A stretch of 64,000 nt of DNA. Origin: Candidatus Babelota bacterium. Its GTDB lineage: Bacteria; Babelota; Babeliae; Babelales; Babelaceae. The notes below the pieces were generated by a model, which was given only the letters and a program-made list of their open reading frames with translations, made no database searches and was not told where the DNA came from. Below are positions 1 through 8,303 of the stretch, piece after piece. Where the stretch lies: assembly GCA_003165355.1 (NCBI GenBank), contig PLTG01000021.1:334-64333 (forward strand). Reading direction: 5' to 3'. Position 1 is the stretch's first letter, and each line of letters begins with the position of its first letter. The translations under genes and the position numbers were made by a program.

Positions 1-341
1 TCTTTCTCCTTCAGTGATTCGCAGAGCTTTGCATTTTCGGCATCATACTTTATTTTCAATTCCTCGCATGCTTGCTTATATTCCTGAAGCGCCTTTGTTT
101 TTCCCAAAAGCAGAGCTCGTTTATCGGTCTCGTTTTCCGCTAATTTACTTTCAAGGCCTTGCTTTTTTTGACCATGCTCTTTTAAGAGTTTGCCAATTGC
201 TTGGTTTCTTGCAGTCGTACTTGCTTGTTGAATTAATCCTATGTTTCTTTCTATGGAGTATGGGTCATCGTTGACATTGATTGCATTCAGGCTCGTGATT
301 AAAAAAAAAGTTGAGGTGGCGATAATTAATTTTTCCATCAT
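1..341 (-). CDS. secreted coiled-coil protein, 3' end cut by window edge
   Basis: Reverse-strand ATG at 341 opens an unbroken frame to position 1. It is absent from the ORF track because it has no in-window stop. The product starts MMEKLIIATSTFFLITSLNA (leader-like) and continues K/E/L/Q-rich. The listed + ORF 14..274 is its antisense shadow. Confidence 0.55.
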   Translation of the reverse strand, partial: MMEKLIIATSTFFLITSLNAINVNDDPYSIERNIGLIQQASTTARNQAIGKLLKEHGQKKQGLESKLAENETDKRALLLGKTKALQEYKQACEELKIKYDAENAKLCESLKEK

Positions 342-363
342 ATCTTTCATAGCTTTTTGTACA

Positions 364-597
364 TTAAAAACCAAATATTTCCGCAAATAGCGCTTTATGT
401 TCCAAATAATCGAGCACTTTTTTATTTGATGAAGCGTTTATTTTTGAAGGTTCTTCTTTTTTTGAGATAACTTTCTCTCTGTCGAGCAAACCGGTTTTAG
501 TTAGGATACCTAAGGTTTTTTGTGGCGAAGGCTCACTCGCTGATAGTGATAGAGATAAAAAGATAGGCGTTATGGTGATAATTATTTTTTTCATCAT
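364..597 (-). CDS. small secreted hypothetical protein
   Basis: 77-aa ORF with the Sec-type leader MMKKIIITITPIFLSLSLSASEP. No recognisable domain. Confidence 0.5.
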   Translation of the reverse strand: MMKKIIITITPIFLSLSLSASEPSPQKTLGILTKTGLLDREKVISKKEEPSKINASSNKKVLDYLEHKALFAEIFGF

Positions 598-624
598 ACT
601 TTCTTTGTAATTTTATGTGGATAC

Positions 625-650
625 CAAAAGAGGCGCTGGATGCGCCTCTT
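625..650 (-). terminator. rho-independent terminator after the 674..1324 gene
   Basis: Inverted repeat aagaggcgc / gcgcctctt (628-636 and 642-650). On the minus strand it is followed by a T-run (aaaag on +). Confidence 0.55.
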
Positions 651-673
651 CAATTATAAAACAAAATAAATTA

Positions 674-1324
674 TTAGTAACCAAAAAGGCCCCAGAAGCC
701 GCCTACTGATTTTACTATTTTTTGCGTAGCTTCAATTTTAGGAATTGCAAATTCGGCTCTTTCTTCTTTTTTATTGGTAAGTTTAGCGCCTAATTCTTTG
801 CTGGCTGATTCGGTTGATTGAAATTGTTTTTCAGCTTGCTGTAATTTTGCGATCGCATCATTCTTTTCAAGCTCTGCATGAAGTAATAAGTCTGCAAGAG
901 TATTTAACTCTTTTTGTTTGATTGCTTTTTGCTCTAAAATCTCTTCAACAGTTTTTTTCTTTTCAGCAACAGGTTGTTGGCGTAATTCCATAGCGCCTTT
1001 GTCTGTCGCAAGCTTTTCTTCTAATGTCACTTCTTCTGAAGAAAGAGTTTTAATTTCTTCATCTAAGCTTATTATCGATTGTTTTGCTGCTAGTGCTTGT
1101 TGGAATAATTTTTCTTGAATAGCTGCATCAAACGCCGCAAGGTTATCTTGATCTATGGTTATTTTTGCTTGCTGAATTTGATTCAGAACCAGCGCATATA
1201 GTTCTTTTTCTGATAAGTTTTCTTTTTTAGTTGCTTCGGCGTAGGTAAGTTCTGGGGTTGTTACCAATCCTGATTTGGCGTGAAGTGCTGCGCATGTGAG
1301 AAGAGCAAGAGATAGGTATTTCAT
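674..1324 (-). CDS. secreted coiled-coil protein
   Basis: The track ORF 674..1474 overlaps hflX. The internal ATG at 1324 gives MKYLSLALLTCAALHAKSG (signal peptide) and removes the overlap. The remainder is E/K/Q/L/A-rich heptad-like sequence. Confidence 0.65.
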   Translation of the reverse strand: MKYLSLALLTCAALHAKSGLVTTPELTYAEATKKENLSEKELYALVLNQIQQAKITIDQDNLAAFDAAIQEKLFQQALAAKQSIISLDEEIKTLSSEEVTLEEKLATDKGAMELRQQPVAEKKKTVEEILEQKAIKQKELNTLADLLLHAELEKNDAIAKLQQAEKQFQSTESASKELGAKLTNKKEERAEFAIPKIEATQKIVKSVGGFWGLFGY

Positions 1325-1448
1325 ATAAATACTCCTTACATAGATAGTATGATTTCCTAGAGATAGAAATTTCTTTTCTATCCCATGAACTGTACTACAT
1401 AGAATATTTAAATTCAAGGATTTTCTTATTGGTGGGTTTATAAACTCA

Positions 1449-2564
1449 CTATTTAAGATTTCTTTTCCACTCAAGTAAGAACGTTTTTAACGGCTCAATG
1501 CCCTCAGCGGTGTTCGCTTGAATCATGATATGGGGCTGGTAATTTCTAAATAAGAAATCGGACATCTCTTTATTCGGCAATTTGTCTATCTTATTAAAAA
1601 CATAGACCATCTCCTTATCGCTCGCGCCTAATTCCTCAAGAACATCATGCACAACCGTGATATGCTCTTCCCAATTTGAATCAGATGCATCAACCACTTG
1701 AATAAGTAAATGTGCATGCTTTAATTCTGAAAGGGTAGACTTAAACGCTTCAATAAGTTTATGGGGAAGTTGTTGGATAAAGCCGACCGTGTCAGACAAG
1801 AGCCCGATCTTCTGTTTTTCTATAAAAAGTTCGCGGGTGGTCGTATCAAGTGTGGCAAACAGTTTATCTTCAGCAAGCACCGAGCTTTTAGTAAGTTGGT
1901 TAAGTATAGTAGACTTGCCCGCATTAGTGTATCCAATAAGACACATAAGCGGCAGTTCGCTTCCAAGCCGCTGTTTACGTTGCGTCTCGCGGACCGTTTG
2001 AAGTTTAGCTAAATCGCGGCGCAGTTTGAGCATGAGATGTTCAAGATGTTGGACCTCTTTCTCTTTCTGGGTCTCTCCAGGGCCACGGGTGCCAATACGG
2101 CCGCCTTGTTGCGACATATACAGACCCTTGCCACTCAAGCGCGACTTTTGATGCTGCAGCATGGCAAGAGCAACTTGTGTTTTGCCTTCTGCCGATTGTG
2201 CACCTTTTTCAAAAATTTCTAAAATTAAGTCGGTACGGTCAAAGACACGGCAACTTAAAAGACGGCTGAGGTTACGCTCTTGTTGAGGCGACAGCGCGTC
2301 AGAAAATATGACCTCTTGGATATCCTCTTTTTTAACCAAAGCGATAACATCTTCAAGTTTTCCCAGCGTGAGAAAGGTTGCAGAATCTATAGAGCGGAGC
2401 CTGATGGCAACAAAATGCTCAGCTGATACGCCATTAGATTCGGCAAGACTTTTGAACTCTTGGTAATATGATTCAATGTCTTTAATAGGGTTAAAGGGCG
2501 AGTGAACGCCGATCAATAGGGTTTTTGGTTGTTCTATAGGAACAATTGATGTCGGTTTTGTCAT
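1449..2564 (-). CDS. hflX: GTPase HflX
   Basis: HflX-type N-terminal domain plus a G domain with GYTNAGKSTILNQLT (G1), DTVGFI (G3) and NKID (G4). Confidence 0.93.
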   Translation of the reverse strand: MTKPTSIVPIEQPKTLLIGVHSPFNPIKDIESYYQEFKSLAESNGVSAEHFVAIRLRSIDSATFLTLGKLEDVIALVKKEDIQEVIFSDALSPQQERNLSRLLSCRVFDRTDLILEIFEKGAQSAEGKTQVALAMLQHQKSRLSGKGLYMSQQGGRIGTRGPGETQKEKEVQHLEHLMLKLRRDLAKLQTVRETQRKQRLGSELPLMCLIGYTNAGKSTILNQLTKSSVLAEDKLFATLDTTTRELFIEKQKIGLLSDTVGFIQQLPHKLIEAFKSTLSELKHAHLLIQVVDASDSNWEEHITVVHDVLEELGASDKEMVYVFNKIDKLPNKEMSDFLFRNYQPHIMIQANTAEGIEPLKTFLLEWKRNLK

Positions 2565-2597
2565 TACCGCGTACTCATTTTCAGGTTATTATAATAA

Positions 2598-2606
2598 TGC
2601 TATATT
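2598..2606 (+). promoter_or_regulatory. candidate extended -10 element upstream of ffh
   Basis: TGcTATATT lies about 60 nt upstream of the ffh ATG. No convincing -35 element. Confidence 0.25.
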
Positions 2607-2664
2607 AGAAGAGTGTACCGTTCATATACTATTTCTACAAGTTTAATGCCGTTGAGGTTACCCT

Positions 2665-3987
2665 ATGTTTGGCTCTTTAACTGAAAAATTTTCTGAATTG
2701 TTCTCCCGTTTTACCACACCAAGCTCGGTTACGCCTAAGGCGGTGTCTGAAGCGATGGAGATGGTAAAAACTACTCTGCTTGAAGCAGATGTTCCTTATG
2801 ACGTTATAGAACATTTTATTCAGCAGGTTCAAATTGACCTAGCGGGCAAAAAAATAAGCGGATCTTTAAAACCAGCTGAGTTGGTAATGAAGGCAGTGCA
2901 TGACCGCATAGTAGAACTTTTAGGGGGTAAACAGAGCGCCAAGGGCTTTTCGTTCCAGATTCCGAGTGTTATTGTCATGGCCGGTCTTCAAGGCTCTGGA
3001 AAGACCACCACGCTTGCCAAATTGGCCTATATGATCCAAAAAGAGGCATCAAAGCGCAATAAAAAGCGTAAGATACTGGTCTGCTCGGTCGATTATTACC
3101 GTCCGGCAGCGCGTGAACAGCTTGAAATTTTGGCAAAAACGGTGGGCGTCGATTATTATGCCGCTCAATCAACCGACCCAGTGGCTGCAGCCGCTGAGGC
3201 GGTTCTCTACGCTCAGAAAAATCACTATGAGCATTGCTTTATCGATACGGCAGGCAGACTTCACGTTGATCAAGAGTTGCTGGGAGAATTGTCGGGAATT
3301 ATCAAACGAGTTAAACCTACCTATACTTTCTTAGTGCTTGATGGCATGATCGGCCAAGAGTCGCTGCGCGTTGCCCAGGCATTTGAAGCTATTATTAATG
3401 CAACCGGGGTTATTTTAAGTAAAATGGACGGCGATTCTCGCGGTGGCGCTGCCTTTGCCTGCTACTCTCTGGTTAAAAAGCCGGTTATCTTCATGGGTAC
3501 TGGTGAGAAGGTTGATGATTTAGAGTATTTTAATCCTGAGCGTATTGCAAACCGTATTATCGGGTTGGGGGATATGCACACTCTTATTGAAAAGGCAGAG
3601 GAGAAGATCAAGCTATCTGACCAGGAAGATTTGCAAAAAGCTTTTTTGAAGGGCAAACTTACATTACAGGACTTTGCTAAACAGCTTGATATGATGAGTT
3701 CCCTGGGGAGCCTGTCGTCACTTATGAAGTATATCCCAGGCATGTCCGGGATGAAGGTCGATTCGGCTCAACTTGAAAAGGGTGAGCGGGAGATGAAAAA
3801 ATTTAAGGCGATTATCGGTTCGATGACCCCAAAAGAGCGAACCGGACGAGCTATCATTACTGAATCTCGTCGAAAACGGGTAGCTCTAGGCTCGGGCACA
3901 ACGCCACAAGATGTGATATTATTGTTAGAAAGATTTGAACAAAGTCAGCAATTTGTTAAAATCTTAAAGAGAAGACCCAATTTTTAA
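2665..3987 (+). CDS. ffh: signal recognition particle protein Ffh
   Basis: SRP54-type GTPase motifs GLQGSGKTTTLAKLA, DTAGR and SKMDGD, plus a Met-rich C-terminal M domain. Confidence 0.97.
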   Translation: MFGSLTEKFSELFSRFTTPSSVTPKAVSEAMEMVKTTLLEADVPYDVIEHFIQQVQIDLAGKKISGSLKPAELVMKAVHDRIVELLGGKQSAKGFSFQIPSVIVMAGLQGSGKTTTLAKLAYMIQKEASKRNKKRKILVCSVDYYRPAAREQLEILAKTVGVDYYAAQSTDPVAAAAEAVLYAQKNHYEHCFIDTAGRLHVDQELLGELSGIIKRVKPTYTFLVLDGMIGQESLRVAQAFEAIINATGVILSKMDGDSRGGAAFACYSLVKKPVIFMGTGEKVDDLEYFNPERIANRIIGLGDMHTLIEKAEEKIKLSDQEDLQKAFLKGKLTLQDFAKQLDMMSSLGSLSSLMKYIPGMSGMKVDSAQLEKGEREMKKFKAIIGSMTPKERTGRAIITESRRKRVALGSGTTPQDVILLLERFEQSQQFVKILKRRPNF

Positions 3988-4034
3988 TGGGTGTATTGGT
4001 GCGTCGAACGCACTGCTTATATTGAAAGGTTTAC

Positions 4035-4310
4035 ATGGCAGTTAAAATTAGACTTTCCCGTATCGGGAAAAAGAATGCGCCGTTCTATCGTATAGTTGCG
4101 ATTGATGAGCGTAAAAAGCGTGATGGCGCTTCACTTGAGATCTTGGGTACCTATAATCCACGTTCAGGCGAATTTGTTCAGTTTCATGAAGAGCGTATCC
4201 AGCATTGGGTTGGCCTTGGTGCAATTGAAACAGATGCAGTAAAAAAATTACATAAAGCGTACAAAAAAAATCAATCTGTTCAGGCAACTGTTTCAGAAGC
4301 TGCTGCTTAA
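4035..4310 (+). CDS. rpsP: 30S ribosomal protein S16
   Basis: MAVKIRLSRIGKKNAPFYRIVAID matches the S16 N-terminal signature. Sits in the usual operon context with trmD and rplS. Confidence 0.97.
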   Translation: MAVKIRLSRIGKKNAPFYRIVAIDERKKRDGASLEILGTYNPRSGEFVQFHEERIQHWVGLGAIETDAVKKLHKAYKKNQSVQATVSEAAA

Positions 4311-4350
4311 AAGTAGTGAGTACAGACTCACCTTACCATAAAGATTATGT

Positions 4351-4587
4351 ATGATACGTTTATTTATTGAATCTATTGTAAAAGGTCTTGTCGATAACCC
4401 ATCTGCTGTAGCAGTGCAAGAGATGCCGGTTGAGAACAGCCCTTTGTATGTCATTCAAATAAAGGTTGCAGGAAGCGATATTGCTCGAGTCATTGGCTCA
4501 GAAGGCCGTGTCTTTAGGGCATTGCGTACGGCATCTAATCTTCTTGCTCCGGGCCATATTAAAGAAATTGTTGTTGACGTCGCTTAG
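4351..4587 (+). CDS. KH-domain RNA-binding protein (YlqC/UPF0109-like)
   Basis: 78-aa ORF between rpsP and trmD, the position of ylqC in many bacteria. Contains the KH-like GxxG region VIGSEGRVFRALR. Confidence 0.8.
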   Translation: MIRLFIESIVKGLVDNPSAVAVQEMPVENSPLYVIQIKVAGSDIARVIGSEGRVFRALRTASNLLAPGHIKEIVVDVA

Positions 4588-4612
4588 TCAACATCATGCG
4601 TGAACATTCATC

Positions 4613-5977
4613 ATGAATATCTCAGTCGTTACGCTTTTTCCCGCTCTGTATAAACCTTTTTTTTCAACAAGTTTAGTCGAGCGCGCACAAAAGGCAGGTA
4701 TTATAGACCCTCACGTCTATGACCTGTTTTCGTATGCTGCGCCAAAAGAGCGCGTTGATGGCCCTACTTTCGGCCATGGCGCAGGGATGGTTATAAAACC
4801 AGAGATTGTCGAGCGTGCGGTAACTGATCTTGAAACTAAGCATGGTTCTGCCTATAAGGTCTTTTTTTCGCCACGAGGCAAAAAATTGGATCAATTGTCA
4901 TTGCATCTTTTATACGAGCGTATGCGTCAGCAGCAGAAGGATCATCTTATGCTCCTTCCGGCTCGTTATGAGGGCATGGACGCCCGCATTGAAACGGAAT
5001 ATGCCGATGATATTATCTCAATTGGTGACTTTGTGTTAATGGGTGGCGACTTGCCGGCAATGGTTTTTCTTGAGGGGCTTTTACGTTTCGTTCCGGCTGT
5101 TGTGGGTAAATCTGAATCGGTTGAGCAGGATTCGTTCACCGGTCCTTTTGTTGATTATCCAGAATACACGGCACCTGTTGAATGGAAAGGGCATACCGTT
5201 CCTGAGATTCTCCGTTCTGGTAACCATAAGGCAATCGCCGATTGGCGCCTGCACGAAGTTGCTCGCGAGTCGGTGGTGCACCATTTTGATTGGGTTCGCT
5301 CATATCCGACGCACACCCCAAGCCAAGAGAAAGAGATTCAGCGCTGCTTACCCAACCATTACGTGGTGCTGATGCATAGCGAAGTACTGGTTATTGAAGA
5401 TAAGGTGACCAAAAAGACAGGGACCACCTCAGTAACCTCTTTGGATATACATGATATTGCCCGTTCTGCAACGACCTATGGATTAAAAAATTATTTTATC
5501 GTTACTCCTCTTTCGGATCAACAGGCGATTGTAAAGACGCTTTTGGGCTTCTGGCAGCAGGGTCCCGGCATTTCTTATAATAACCATCGCCATGAGGCGG
5601 TTAACCGTGTTATATTGGAAGCCACTCTCGATAATGTTATCGCGCAGATAACCGAGCGTGAAGGGAAACCGCCTCTTTTGATTGCTACTGGCGCTCAAAA
5701 AGATGGCCACCCGGGGACTATTACCTTTAATGACCAGGAAAAGGTTTGGGTGCACGACCGTCCGGTACTGATTATTCTCGGTACAGGGCAAGGGTTAAGC
5801 CCCGAGCTTATGGAGCGGTGCGATTATCGATTTGTGCCACTTGAAGGCTTTTCTGCGTTTAACCATCTATCGGTCCGTTCTGCTGCAGCGGTCATTTTTG
5901 ATCGTTGGTTAGGAAAGAGCCCGAGTAAAATCGATAAAAAAGATATAATTGAGAATGACAGCATGAAATTTTTTTAG
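4613..5977 (+). CDS. trmD: tRNA (guanine37-N1)-methyltransferase TrmD fused to a second SPOUT (Tm1570 / Methyltrn_RNA_4-like) domain
   Basis: Residues 1-245 align by eye with TrmD (LFP..., YEGMDARI, IGDFVLMGGDLPAMV, LRSGNHKAIADWR). Residues ~250-440 carry TSVTSLDIHDIARSATTYG, ILGTGQGL and FNHLSVRSAAAVIFDRWLG, typical of the Tm1570-type SPOUT family. It is a single uninterrupted 454-aa frame. Confidence 0.9.
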   Translation: MNISVVTLFPALYKPFFSTSLVERAQKAGIIDPHVYDLFSYAAPKERVDGPTFGHGAGMVIKPEIVERAVTDLETKHGSAYKVFFSPRGKKLDQLSLHLLYERMRQQQKDHLMLLPARYEGMDARIETEYADDIISIGDFVLMGGDLPAMVFLEGLLRFVPAVVGKSESVEQDSFTGPFVDYPEYTAPVEWKGHTVPEILRSGNHKAIADWRLHEVARESVVHHFDWVRSYPTHTPSQEKEIQRCLPNHYVVLMHSEVLVIEDKVTKKTGTTSVTSLDIHDIARSATTYGLKNYFIVTPLSDQQAIVKTLLGFWQQGPGISYNNHRHEAVNRVILEATLDNVIAQITEREGKPPLLIATGAQKDGHPGTITFNDQEKVWVHDRPVLIILGTGQGLSPELMERCDYRFVPLEGFSAFNHLSVRSAAAVIFDRWLGKSPSKIDKKDIIENDSMKFF

Positions 5978-6015
5978 TATAGTGATAAGAGTAAAAAGTC
6001 AAAGTAAGGATTATT

Positions 6016-6417
6016 ATGAAATCAGTAAAATATACCAGAGAAACCATTAAAGACCTCGGACAATACGATCGTGGTTTTCCAAAGTTTCAAGTTGGTGACT
6101 GCATCGAAGTTGCATTAAAAGTTAAAGAGGGCGATAAGACACGTCTTCAGATGTTTGAAGGTGACGTTATTGCGATGCACAAAAGTGGTGTTTCTTCTAC
6201 CTTTACTATTCGTCGTATCGGCGCTAATGGTATTGCTATCGAAAGAATTTTACCCTTTTATTCGCCAGCAATCGACTCTATTAAATACCTTCACCAAGGT
6301 GATGTACGTCGTTCAAAACTTTACTATATGAGAAGTCGTATTGGTAAAGCAGCTCGTGTTAAAGAAAAAGTTCTTACCAAAGAGCAAAAAAATGCTCAAA
6401 AAGCATCAGTTAAGTAA
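6016..6417 (+). CDS. rplS: 50S ribosomal protein L19
   Basis: The FQVGDCIEV...RLQMFEGDVIAMHKSG...FTIRRI pattern is typical of L19. Confidence 0.97.
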   Translation: MKSVKYTRETIKDLGQYDRGFPKFQVGDCIEVALKVKEGDKTRLQMFEGDVIAMHKSGVSSTFTIRRIGANGIAIERILPFYSPAIDSIKYLHQGDVRRSKLYYMRSRIGKAARVKEKVLTKEQKNAQKASVK

Positions 6418-6802
6418 TTGGCTCGCGCTTGGGTTCATTGTTGTTTTACCGGCCTGTTACAAGAAATTGAGTAAACAGCCTGTTTTGCATTATTATGACC
6501 AGCAACCAGCCTTAACAACAGAAGCGCATCTTGCAGATATTCCATTGCCTATCCAGGCATCTGTTCATATGCTCAGCGGATCGACTGCTACCACGACAGG
6601 GCTCACTTTTGTCAGCACTTTCTCGTTAGCAGATCTGGTCAAGTTCTATGAATTTGAGATGGAGAGGCTGGGGTGGAGACAGTTGCACCTTTTTAGTGTC
6701 ACTTCTGAAGTGTTACTGGTGTTCGAAAAGCCTGAAAAATTCTGCACCGTATCGGTCCGCCCGGATCATCGAGTGGTTATATTTTTCGGTTCTCGAGCAT
6801 AA
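6392..6802 (+). CDS. putative lipoprotein
   Basis: The track ORF 6341..6802 overlaps rplS. The internal ATG at 6392 gives MLKKHQLSNWLALGFIVVLPAC with a lipobox-like LPAC. No domain recognised. Confidence 0.6.
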   Translation: MLKKHQLSNWLALGFIVVLPACYKKLSKQPVLHYYDQQPALTTEAHLADIPLPIQASVHMLSGSTATTTGLTFVSTFSLADLVKFYEFEMERLGWRQLHLFSVTSEVLLVFEKPEKFCTVSVRPDHRVVIFFGSRA

Positions 6803-6809
6803 AGATATC

Positions 6810-6836
6810 AAAAGCCCCCAGAGATGGGGGCTTTTT
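6810..6836 (+). terminator. rho-independent terminator
   Basis: Hairpin gccccc-agagat-gggggc followed by ttttt. The 23-mer aaaagcccccagagatgggggct recurs exactly at 7540-7562. Confidence 0.7.
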
Positions 6837-6847
6837 CATTATTATAT

Positions 6848-7068
6848 GCGCCCTGCGGCCGTGTCCGCCATAGCTGCCGATTAGTTTAGCTAAAAGTTAA
6901 AACGAGAGCGACGGCTGGAGCCGCGCGCTAAGGGGCCTTGGCGATAAGTCCCCTTAACCTCCAGTCTACGTTTATCCATGCCTACCGGCTTGGCAAACTA
7001 CGACGGACAGGCCTGATCGATTACTGCCGTGCCCGCCATAGCTCGCAGAGCGACGGGGGGCGTGAAGC
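6848..7068. repeat. GC-rich intergenic island holding two copies of a dispersed repeat module
   Basis: Module CTGC..GTG(T/C)CCGCCATAGC ... GCGACGG occurs at 6848-6920 (with an AT-rich insert) and 7024-7068. A third copy lies at 47423-47475. The GC content is visibly far above the flanking sequence. Confidence 0.6.
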
Positions 7069-7268
7069 TGAAAACAGTGCGCCACAGCGCACCAAATCTA
7101 GATTTGTCGACATATCTTCGCTTCGCTCGATGAGTCTCGGCACGAGATTTTCCTCGACTTCTTATTTTATAGAAATAGCGTTCACCATATTTTTATTGCG
7201 AAATGCTAAACATATTCTTTATACTTATAATGTAAAGTAATGAAATAAAACCTAAAAGGATATGGATT

Positions 7269-7487
7269 ATGTTAAAAGTAATGAAGTATTTAACTCTTGT
7301 TTTGAGTGTAAGCTCAATAGGCTTAAGTTATGCAGCGGATTTGACAGACGCAGATTGCGAAGCCTTATCTAAAACGGCTGGCGGTGCTGCGGTATTTATG
7401 GTGCAAGGGGGAGCATGTACGGCTTCTGGCGATGGTTGGCACTTTTACAAGGGTGCTAGCACGACAGCAAACAAAAAAAGCTCTTAA
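7269..7487 (+). CDS. small secreted Cys-containing protein
   Basis: 72-aa ORF with leader MLKVMKYLTLVLSVSSIGLSYA. Followed by a terminator at 7540. Confidence 0.5.
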   Translation: MLKVMKYLTLVLSVSSIGLSYAADLTDADCEALSKTAGGAAVFMVQGGACTASGDGWHFYKGASTTANKKSS

Positions 7488-7539
7488 TGTTTGCGGGACT
7501 TTTTAAATATAAATGACCGTCTTGACTAATTTTGCAATA

Positions 7540-7572
7540 AAAAGCCCCCAGAGATGGGGGCTATCTTTTTTT
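7540..7572. terminator. bidirectional rho-independent terminator (second copy of the 6810 hairpin)
   Basis: Sequence aaaaagccccc-agagat-gggggctatcttttttt sits between convergent genes, with an A-run upstream and a T-run downstream. Confidence 0.65.
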
Positions 7573-7588
7573 AATCTAAATTTATAAT

Positions 7589-8152
7589 TTAGACGGTCTG
7601 GGCGAATTTCGCTAAAGCATCAGATCCTGACCCAGGATATCTGCTGCTGACCAACGCAGCTGTGATTAATGAACCATCAGTATCATGCATAAGGGCATCA
7701 AAAACGAATGGGCTGATATCGCAGGGAATCGTATCATTTAATACGTAGGTCTTGATAATAATCAATGCGGCAGTACGATTTTGGGCCACAAAAGGTAATA
7801 ATTGGTTGTAAAGTCTCATAAGGTCATAATTGTCGCTGGCATCATTAAGTTCTACGCAGAGATATTGTATGTCCTTAACAAACGTTTTAACGATCTCAAT
7901 ATTTGAGGTGTTAAGCGTGTAGTTTTGCCATTGCTGCATTATTGTCGTAATGTCTTCAGCCGATAAGGAGGCTGCAAGTTCTTGGTAAGTAACCGTTTCG
8001 GCGTCATAATCGATATTCATGCGGCCAGAGCTTGCGATATCGACAAGAGTTTCTGCGACTATCTTTTTCCCGAGCCCAACAGCTTTTTCGGTGGTATATT
8101 CGGCATTCAAACCGAGCGCTGTAAGCGCAATAAGAGCTATAATCTTGTTCAT
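7589..8152 (-). CDS. secreted hypothetical protein
   Basis: The internal ATG at 8152 gives the leader MNKIIALIALTALGLNAEY. The track ORF extends to 8182. Confidence 0.6.
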   Translation of the reverse strand: MNKIIALIALTALGLNAEYTTEKAVGLGKKIVAETLVDIASSGRMNIDYDAETVTYQELAASLSAEDITTIMQQWQNYTLNTSNIEIVKTFVKDIQYLCVELNDASDNYDLMRLYNQLLPFVAQNRTAALIIIKTYVLNDTIPCDISPFVFDALMHDTDGSLITAALVSSRYPGSGSDALAKFAQTV

Positions 8153-8303
8153 AAAAAAACCCCTGTATGTTAAATTATCCAATTATAATATATTAAGCAT
8201 AGCAGATCCGCTGTGAATGTAAAGTTTATGGTGAGGTTTTTTGGCAAAAGCAACGCCCAGATAGAGATCCGGGCGTTATCAAAAATAGTATGCCTATTAA
8301 TTC

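Noticed and set aside
14-274. 86-aa ORF on the + strand at the left edge.
   Set aside because: The opposite strand carries a longer open frame (1..341) with a proper ATG, a signal peptide and coiled-coil composition like its neighbours. The + ORF is an antisense shadow.
674-1474. Long N-terminal extensions proposed by the ORF track. Examples are 674..1474, 6341..6802, 7589..8182, 21996..23114, 49428.., 52929.., 57382..58443, 58415..59449 and 60912..61256.
   Set aside because: In each case an internal ATG immediately precedes a classic signal peptide or lipobox, often behind a GGAG-type ribosome-binding site. Using it also removes an overlap with the neighbouring gene. The extensions translate intergenic DNA or the neighbour's coding sequence.
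6841-7240. RNase P RNA or tmRNA in the GC-rich island. The reverse strand has GAGGAAAATCTCGTGCC, resembling the RNase P CR-I motif GAGGAAAGUCCGGGC, and GGTGCGCTGTGGCGCAC, resembling a P12-type hairpin.
   Set aside because: The CR-I-like stretch folds into its own local hairpin (tctcg-tgc-cgaga). No complementary P4 3' strand or ACAGAA..GGCUUA motif could be found. No tRNA-like acceptor or CCA end for tmRNA is present. Parts of the island are repeated within it and at 47.4 kb, which fits a repeat element better than a single-copy essential RNA. An Infernal scan would settle this.
6938-7240. 100-aa ORF (+). The same question applies to the 92-aa ORF 47390..47668 (-) and the 78-aa ORF 6648..6884.
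   Set aside because: These are read-throughs of the GC-rich repeat modules, or overlaps of the lipoprotein gene. They have Arg/Ala/Gly/Ser-rich composition, no ribosome-binding site and no leader. The 47390 ORF runs antisense into the start of array copy 1.
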